DNA of 64,000 nt from Octopus bimaculoides (Eukaryota): NCBI RefSeq assembly GCF_001194135.2, contig NC_069000.1, forward strand, positions 3,012,970 through 3,076,969, read 5' to 3'. Made by a program: the position numbers and the translations under genes. Within the stretch, counting starts at the first letter, position 1. Each line of letters opens with the position of its first letter. This document shows positions 54,438 to 64,000 of the stretch, piece by piece. The notes beneath the pieces were generated by a model that saw nothing but the letters and a program-made list of their open reading frames with translations, had not been told where the DNA came from and searched no databases.

Positions 54438-56360
54438 ACATTCTTCCATTGTTAACTTTGTTTTAGATATGTGTGTGTGTGTGTATGCGAAATTATCATA
54501 ATCACCAGTTAATAAAATTAAATCACAACCTATTTTTCCCCGTCATGTTTGTTGGGAACCAAAGCATTCGATGTTCCACGTGCAGCTGTATTCTTTCTTT
54601 ATCACAACGGATTATCAATGGAACACGTGTTCAGCCATTTGTCTATGTAGCATGATGTAATACAATGTGTTCCAGATGATATTTTGGAACATAGAATGCT
54701 TTGCTTCTAAATGGCGACAATGATGAAACCTTGAACAAGTGATATCAACCAGTGTTTATCACAATTGCTCCTACATTTTCTCTGTATACCATATCTAGTA
54801 ATATTGCTGATTATAGTAGTAAGCTAACTCTGAGCAATGATAATCTATGTGAAGCTCTATAATGAATAAAACAAAATGTACAAATAAAAATACTGGACTT
54901 TCTATATTCTCCGCGATTTCGAATGTACTAGCATTCTGCGAAGAAAGGAAGGAAAAATACAGTCCATAAATTTCTATCTCTCTGTAATCATTTCTATTTT
55001 TAATGAAATGTCCCCCTTCATAAAATGTTTAATTAATAAGTGAGGGGTTAATTGATTCTGGCAATTTTTCAAAAGAACGAAATAATCATATACATATTAT
55101 AAACGACTTGAACTTTAGAGAAATTCTAATTAAGCGAACAAAAAGAAATAATTAAATGAATTCTATACATGTTTTTCTCTTAATTTCAATTTCTAATTCA
55201 TATAACTACTTCCTATCGTGATAAAATGATTATCTTCTGATGAATGAACAACTGCGTCCCTCAGAAGAGAAGCGTGTAACGTGTTATATATATCACATGT
55301 GTGTGTGTGTGTGTGTGTGTGCATAAGAGTGTGTCTGAATGTGTGTATGTGAGTACACTAGAGACACCTATGCCACCAGAGACACCAATGGCTAATAATA
55401 CCTAAAGAAATCTTGTTTTTCCCGGATGGTTTTGAAACAGTAGGTACTCTTAAAACTATTATATCAATATTGCTTACAGTTTTTGATTGAGTTATTTCCC
55501 TTTATCATTATTTTTTTTTAATTATTTTACATCGTTTTAAGTCCCGTTGGATATTATACTTCTTTAATGATTTCATTAAACAATGTTAATATTTCTTTAT
55601 TAAACAATATTTATATTTCTTCATTTTCATATTTTATGCTATAACTACACAATGTATCTGAGCAATCACCATCTTTGTATTTTGGGTGCAAAAAGCTTCC
55701 TCGAGATATATTTCCTCAGCCATAATCAGAATAATATTATTTATTCATTTATTAATCTGATGCAGATTGTTTATATTCGTGGTTGCGTTACACATTAATC
55801 ATTAATTATTTATCACTTTTGCAATTGGTGACGTCGTTTAGAGCTAGGTCAATTAAATATGTGCAGTGTTAAACGAATCACATGTAACTGTTATTTGTAA
55901 CAGTTCCAACATATGCAAAGTGTTTTCCTTTCGTAATTGAAAACCTCTGTCCTTGTCTCTTCACTATTGTACATTGGTCTATTGATTGTTGATATTTAAG
56001 CATTTAAAATACTAAATCATTACACAAGTGGTAAGCGAATGACTCTCATAAAAATGTTCGAAAGCTAATTCATTTTATTTACATGATTTACATTCTTGAG
56101 ACTGATTTAACCTGCAGATTTTTCATTTCATTTCATATTTCCACATTATACAGAAATGTAGACTTCAACATGTCTACCTTAAAAATAAAACAAAGCAACT
56201 ATGCAGAGAGACAAGACTGGCTCGATTTTGATTCAGAATCAATTACGATTTTGATCGTAAACATCTCAAAATTATATTCATCTTAGCTAAAAATTACGAT
56301 TAAGTAAGATATACGGAACACGAAACCGGGAAAGTTATAGATGGTAGAGTAAAAAAGAAT

Positions 56361-56542
56361 ACTTACACACTAAGCACAAGACCCGAAATTTTGCGGGAGG
56401 GGACCAGTACGCAACTGGCACTTAATTTATAGACCCCGAAAGGATGAAAAGCAAAGTCGACCTCGGCGGAATTTGAACTGAGAACGTAAAGACAGACGAA
56501 ATACCGTTAAGCATTTCGCCCGGCCTGCCATCTCGCCGCCTT
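56361..56542 (-). mobile_element. SINE family 1, well-conserved copy
   Basis: gaccccgaaaggatgaaaagcaaagtcgacctcggcggaatttgaactgagaacgtaaagacagacgaaataccgttaagcatttcgcccgg..tcgccgcctt. Confidence 0.9.
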
Positions 56543-58822
56543 GATGGTGTATATACATTGGTTTAAGTAAAAGAACGCTGCCTTAATAAGTAAAAAGCGT
56601 CTACAACAAATAGGGGAATTCAAATGATTACTTTCGTTCCATGTCAGAATGACTCTAACGAATGGACGTAGGTTTCTAAAGACAGTATTTATAGAGAATT
56701 ATTTCTAATTTCATCTACTCATACGATATCTACTCATATCGTACCTAGTTATTTCCATTATTCCAATGTTCTAAATTTTTATGACGTAAACAGTTAAATA
56801 TATTTCAGTTATGTTGAACTAAAAGAAAATGAATATTGCCAAACTGAATGCATCTTAGATCATTTTTATTTCTCTCCTTTATATTCTGACTGCAAACTGC
56901 GTTAATGATAGCGTTTACGATTTTAGTATTCTTAAAATTAATCCTCGTTAAGTAGAGGAAAACATACTTAATGGAATGAACAAAATTGTTTAATTAATTA
57001 AAATCACAGCATTGCTGAGAAATGATCAGTTATAATAAATGATTTATGTATAGTCAGTAAATGGAAGGGAAAAGAATTCCAAGATACAAATATGTGAAAT
57101 AAAACAGGGATTTTAGGTATTTTGCTGTGCTGATGTCTGTACATTTGAAAGTAAGCCTGCCTTAAAATGAATCCATGCAGAAAATTAATTAACAGCACAT
57201 ATAAGGAGCACTGCATTCCAATAGCGAAATAAATTGGCAAGAACTTTAGTCCATCTTTTCTAGTCATTTTGTTTCATTCATATTTTTGCTTTATTTATAT
57301 TTTTATTAATATTCTATCTTAAGTTCGATATTCGCTTTGATCTATTGGCCATAACAATAAACATTCAATTCCCACGAAAAAGCGTTATTCAGCTGTCATA
57401 GCGCAAATGAAATGTCATTTCAAGGTAGAGTGGCGAGAGGACGTGGCTTAAAAGTTGAAACGCGAGGGACATGAGTCAATGAAATTACTTTTCTGTTCTG
57501 CTTGGAAGGTTTTATTTCCGCAGGTAATGTATTGCTCTAAGAGGTATCAAGAAAGCAATATCCTGGTTTTTCTCCATTCCAAACGATCAGCAATTTGTAG
57601 GGAAATAGAATTCGAAGAAACACATCGCTTGAGAATTACTTTTTGCAAGCAGTGGTTCCTGAGTTCATTTCAACCCTAAGTACATTTCACATGTGAGTTT
57701 ACCTCAATCTTCGTATTGTCCAGGGCCATGTGATTGAAATTTGGTAGAAGAGATCCATCCAGAATACTATTCGTCAGTGCTTTTTTTCTCACCTGCATTG
57801 ATATATTTAATCAGTGGCTATGAAAGTTAACGGCAAAGTCATTACGGGGTTGTACTCGCGATACGCAAAATCGTTTGTTTTGATTCATGGACTAGCTGGC
57901 AAGTTGTGCTCAACGACACAACTTTTCCTTTCACGCTGTTCAACATTTCGGCGTCTGATATGGAACACACCGTGTACTTGCGACGAAAAGATCGATTTGA
58001 TGCCGGGAATAAGCTAACGTACAGCACAAACGTTTGAACAATAATAAAGGTCTTGTTCAAACACGAAATTTCAGAACCTCCACGTATCGCCTCCGATTAC
58101 AGGGCCCACCGATAATAATCTCCCTCACGCTAAGTTTGAATACAAATAGAAACAAACCGTAAGAATTTGGGAGCTCAATATTTGCTCAGTTTTTCCAGAA
58201 TAATGAAAAGCAAAGTAGAATTCGACATGATTCGATCTCAGGAATCTTTAAATTGGAAACAATAAAGTAATCACGTGTCTGAGGTCCAGATACGTCTTGC
58301 AAATAACCAAATTTTAAAGAGGCTTTTTTCAAATGCCTACTAAACTCGTATTATGCTAATATATTCTTATAGTCTCCTATTGAGCTATCTAGTCTCATAA
58401 TATCCTAAAACACACATACTGTAATATTTTAGATATTCAATCTTAAACAACATTAAGCAGTATTTAAGTAAGTTATTACCATCTAAAATGGAGGCTAGCC
58501 ATTAAAAATGAACTGACATATTACAAAGAGTGTAATATATATGAATAAGAGAGCTTATGTCTATATACAAACTTATATATAAACAGACATTTATGCATAT
58601 TTATATATATACATATAAATATATACATATATAAATATGTACATGTATATACATATAAATTTATACATAGATATACGTATATATAAATTTATACACACAT
58701 ATATATAAATATATACGTATATATATACATATATATACATTTATACTTACATATAAATATACAAATATGGACACACTCTCAAACTCAAACACACATAGAT
58801 TCATATATATATATATATACAC

Positions 58823-58875
<53 letters not shown>

Positions 58876-60243
58876 TGTACGCATTGCCAGCACACATACA
58901 TGCACGCATACACACACGCACACACACATATATATAACAGATATATATGTTATAAATATATCCATGCATACATACGTACTCATACATATGCTTATATCTT
59001 AAACCGTATAATAAAATCTTATCTTTTATTTTTTAACATAAAAGTAACATTAATTTTTAAAATGAAATACCTATGAAAACAACTAACCTAAGAAGCTGTG
59101 TAACCATTTTTACAAGTATTGGGGAAACCATTTATTAAAAGTGGCTTTCTTTCTGATATAAATGTTTTAATCGTAAACAAGATAGAATTTAATGTGTCGA
59201 ATATATCCAAAGATTATCATTATATCTATAGTTTATATACATATAACACTTTGTTGACTAGTATATCGTTGTAAAGAACTAACTTGCTTGCTTCTCTATG
59301 TTTTCATATTTATTGCTGTCTTTTTTTTTGTTGCTTTTTATCTTCTCTGTTTCAAATTTGTTTTAATAAGGCATCGACGAAAAGATAGCTTATATATGCG
59401 CGCGTGTGTGAGTGCTTGTGTGTAACGGTGTATGCATATGTATGTATGTGTGTATGTATGTATGTGTGTATGTATGTGTGTATATACTTGAGCTTATATA
59501 TATGCGTATGTATAGTTACACATATACACAAGCCTGTATATAACCGATGAAACAGAGAAGCAAGTCACTGAGACGAACAAATTAACTACGTTTATGTGTG
59601 TGTTTGCGTCTGGGCGTATTTGTGTGTGTTTCAGTTATTTTTCTGACCCCAAAAGATCGCCACACATCAATTGAATGTAATAAATCTTAAAGCACTGGCT
59701 TTAGTTTTGTTGATATAATTGTTTCCGTTTTAATACAACAGTGATGACATATATCAATGGACAATAACAAGTAATAACTGAAAAAGGCATTCCTGATTGC
59801 CACTTGAAAATATCACACAACGTATTCCTTTAAGAAAACAATAACGGGTAGACAACTATAGCCGCTTCTTTCCATAAAATCTAGGTAGTTTGTACCAAGC
59901 GAAAAACCTAAATACACCTTATTTATAATTATCGTTCTTAAACTATTCTGCATTCAATAATATATTTATGCTAGTTTCACCCAATCCGCAGCAAATGAGG
60001 CATAATTACTTTGATAGTAATCTCATCTATATTCCGCAGCCAACTTTTCTCTTCCCTTTTCTTCTGGATATCTCTACTGGTGAAGGGCTCTCGTTCAAAA
60101 CGTTAGAAATTTACTTCTTAATTGTTATGCTTATGTTAACGTGACATTAGTTATAATATGTCCCTCCCACATTCTCTTCTTTTTTATCATTGCCTTCTTT
60201 ACATATTTACATCATAGGCAGAGAGACACATATATACATGCAT

Positions 60244-60290
<47 letters not shown>

Positions 60291-60671
60291 GATAATCCGT
60301 TGGATGATTTAATGAATCGCGGCGAGAATTCCCTAGCATGTTTAATTGCTCGACAACTACTAACTTCATATAATTAGCTTTGAAGTCACTTAACATTTCT
60401 CAAACTCGTGTCACTTCAATATGAACCGGGATCAATGTGCAAAGGCAGGACATACAGATTATAAGCGCAATTCATCTGATGGGTTGTATAATATACCCAT
60501 GCAGACATCTAAAAACGCACGATTTCACTCGTGTCTAGAAGAGAAAACAATGCTTCCCGAATACTCTATGTACAAGAATCGAAACAATGACTTCATGATT
60601 TCGAAGCAACATTCAAAATAATAGCAGCATATTGTGAGTATATATATATAAACATATCCATTTACATACAC

Positions 60672-60731
<60 letters not shown>

Positions 60732-60762
60732 ATCTCAATACAAATATATGTACATTACTAAC

Positions 60763-60794
<32 letters not shown>

Positions 60795-61795
60795 TTAAAA
60801 CCTTAATACCACACGCAGAGATAAAACAAATGATTATAATATCGTGAATGTTATCTCATCTATTGTCTACCAGACATCAAAAGACATTCCATTGTTAGAT
60901 ATCTTCTTCTAAGGAATGCAGAGATTTTGATATCTACGACTTATGTTTGCGATATTTTTCAGATATTGAACTGAAATCTCTACAAAGGAATTTCGGGGAA
61001 ATTTTACTTTATCTAAAATCCGTTGTCTATAGAATTTTAATTGATAAAAGGAAAAGGAAGAACCGGTGTTTCATGATGGTTATTGGTGGTGGTGTAGGCC
61101 TGTCGCTGCTTCTGCTGCGACTATACTTGTTATTGTTATTGGTGGTGTCGTCATCGTTTCATTCCCCCAGGGTTGGCTTAGCCAAATCAGGCGTAGGTAA
61201 GTGAAGCATGCCGACTATGAATACACCAGAGTGCAGTGCATAATTAATAGGAAGTTATCCTGTATACTTCATATTTTCTTCTGAAGCTATGCTAAGGTAA
61301 TTGTTTTTTCGAGGGAGATATAGCAGTTATTTCTAAACCATCAGTTGTTGCTGTAGATGTTTAATCATCATCGAGGACAATTCTTGTCTGAGACTCTCCA
61401 ACCCTGACCATCCCATGTGTTAATTGGTTTTCGAGGCAATTTCTGCAATTTGCCTTTTTCTTTTTAATATATAAAATGTCTGAGTAAAGTTAAGAAGGAA
61501 ATTTGCGCATCTAAATATAGGGTTCATGATACAAGGGTAAGAAAGAAGAAAGAAGGCCTATAAAAACCCCCCACCACACATTATAACAGTATCTATCTAT
61601 TTTATAATCTATTTATAGATGTGCATGTTCCATCATCTTTCTCAGCTATAATTTGGCTGAAGAGCGTTTGTGCCCAAACGGGGAACTCCTAATTGCAAGA
61701 ATTTGGCTCAGCCCAAATAAATTTCATTGTCCTCTATGGTATTGAATAAGCTCTTGTTTCCACAAGGAAAACTAAACGCGCGTCTGTGTGTGCTT

Positions 61796-61843
<48 letters not shown>

Positions 61844-61977
61844 CGTACGTATATATCTTCGTGTGGTGGGACGTGAACGTGTATTCTTATACGTAAATCT
61901 GCGTATATGCACGTGTGTATGAAAATATCTTGTTCTGAGATGAGCGCTGAAGACGCTAATAGAACATCGGTATTTCT

Positions 61978-62014
<37 letters not shown>

Positions 62015-62608
62015 CTCCACTTTGTTGAAGATTCTACCTTCAAAGTTCATTAACTGCATAATACACATTTTTTTTTTGCCAATGCATTAATATGCTGCAA
62101 TAACAAACAGTCGTTCAGATTCGCAAAGCATAAAGCCCAAATACAGAAACATCAAAGAAACCGAATTTGGAAATTTTTCGAATGTTTGGCACATAAACAG
62201 TGGGAGGTCAGCGACTTCACGTTTGTTCGGAGCTGTTTCTCATGATTTGAAAAAAAAGACTTCAAAAAACAAAAATGAACGAATATAGGAATAAAAACAT
62301 TTTCTGGATAGCTTGCGACGTGGTTCAAAACATTTGGATACCAAGTATTTCAAAATAAATGCTACAGGCCTACTTCAGGTCACGAATAACGAAGATTCTT
62401 CGATATTGTGCTGGCGACTAGGTTAAGCAAGAAAGGAATTTTCAAATCATTTTCATCGAATGTAATCTGCGCTGAGCGATTGAGCATAAAATGGACACTG
62501 GCAAATGATGAGATTTAAGAAAACATAATTTTCTGGTGTGTGCCTCTCTATCTCATGCATATATACTTCCGCATATATACATATGTATATATCACATATA
62601 CTTATATA

Positions 62609-62661
<53 letters not shown>

Positions 62662-63250
62662 GCACATAGATGCATACCTACATATATATATACACACATA
62701 CATATGTGCATACATAAGTATATACATAGACAGACACGCACATATATATGCACACACACAGAGACACACCCACGCACACATATATCTATATGCGTATGTA
62801 AACGTACATGAAACTTGTGTAAGTACAGTTGTAGATTTGTCTAGCGTGTGTCAGTGTGTGATCCCATAAAAAAAGGCTTGTTACCATTTAAATAGAATTA
62901 GAAAACACAGGCTCTTTGTTTTCTTTTTAAATCTGCAGACTTTCAGTAATTGTTAACAGATTTAAAAATCTCTTATCACAGACAAAACCTCGTCAAAACT
63001 CCGAGGTTGAGAAAACAGGAAGATTTGTAAACAAAATAAAATTTAATGAGATTTTTTTATTATATTCAGAGGTGCGGACACATAAAAATTCACACTCATA
63101 CAATTACTCAAACACACACTCACACACACATATATGCACACACACACATACACTGATATATACACACACATACATACATGCATACATACTCACACATAAA
63201 CATACATACGTACAGTGGCACATACATATGTATACACATACATACACACG

Positions 63251-63510
63251 CAACGAGGGACGAAATGCCGCTAAGCATTTAATCCAGCACGGTAACGATT
63301 CTGCGATAAGTCAGCCTGAATGTGTCATTCATAATAATAACCATACTTTCTACAAAAAACACAGAGTCTGAAAATCTGGAGAAGAGTGTAGTCTATATTA
63401 TCGACCCCAGTGCTCGACTGATATTTGAACACAGGATGCAAAGATGGAAGAGTATCCAACTGGTGCTTATTTTATCGTTTCCGACAGCATAAATGGCGAA
63501 GTCTTGAATT
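63251..63510 (-). mobile_element. SINE family 1, fragmented remnants
   Basis: gacgaaatgccgctaagcattt..aacgattctgc at 63259-63304 and tatcgaccccagtgc..caactggtgcttattttatcg at 63399-63477. Confidence 0.55.
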
Positions 63511-64000
63511 AAGCAAAAATAATAGATATAGGTGGAGAATATCCACAATTCTCCCTTTCAGCTTTGTATTCAACGGAGAAAACGTGTGTACTATAATGCG
63601 AATATTCAGTCTTCATATTCATTGATTCAGTTTCGATTCCACTGAGAAAAAATATTCGTTACACATGTCACAACGGAGGACAAATTATTTACTTAACAAT
63701 ACTCGATTGCCAGATGTTGCGAGTTACGTTACATAAAATACAGACTCTGCTGGTCAGTGGTAAACGCCATACAGGATTCATATTTTACAGAATACTAGAC
63801 CGCTATATAACAGACTGTTCCCTAAATTATGTCCCTGTAATTGGCAGGCAAACAACAGAAAATTGTGAGCTCTAACAAAGATAATGTCGGACAGCTTTAG
63901 GTGTGGAGGCGTTGGGTAAGTCAATACGGTGGCGGTGATTTGAAGATCTGCCACTACTACTATTACCACCACCATCAACACTACCATCCCATTTCAGTCA

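Noticed and set aside
57495-57530. + strand tttatttccgcAG|GTAATG juxtaposed splice sites
   Set aside because: The donor is weak and the pyrimidine tract is interrupted, which is expected by chance.
1-64000. CRISPR arrays, rRNA, operons or prokaryotic defence systems
   Set aside because: There are no repeat-spacer arrays or dense coding regions. All tandem repeats lack unique spacers, and the sequence is eukaryotic.

Overview
This is AT-rich, microsatellite-dense eukaryotic DNA from a gapped short-read assembly. It has about 14 N-runs, almost all flanked by (AT)n, (CA)n or (GATA)n. The SINE families resemble those I associate with Octopus/coleoid cephalopods; that assignment is inference. The window looks intronic or intergenic, and no intact protein-coding gene can be supported. 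Nearly all supplied ORFs are translations of microsatellites or N-runs. Supported content: (1) a disabled copy of the minor-spliceosome gene SNRNP35 (U11/U12-35K) at ~20.3-20.9 kb; (2) two 5'-truncated R4/Dong-type non-LTR retrotransposon fragments, each abutting a trinucleotide repeat; (3) many copies of three tRNA-like SINE families, one with a 19-bp target-site duplication and one with an internal duplication; (4) a Tc1/pogo-like MITE filled with GATA repeats and a hAT-like terminus. Less certain leads are a 73-nt pre-miRNA-like hairpin, a consensus AG|GTAAGT recursive-splice-like site, and several microexon candidates. I found no clear evidence for a novel multi-gene system.
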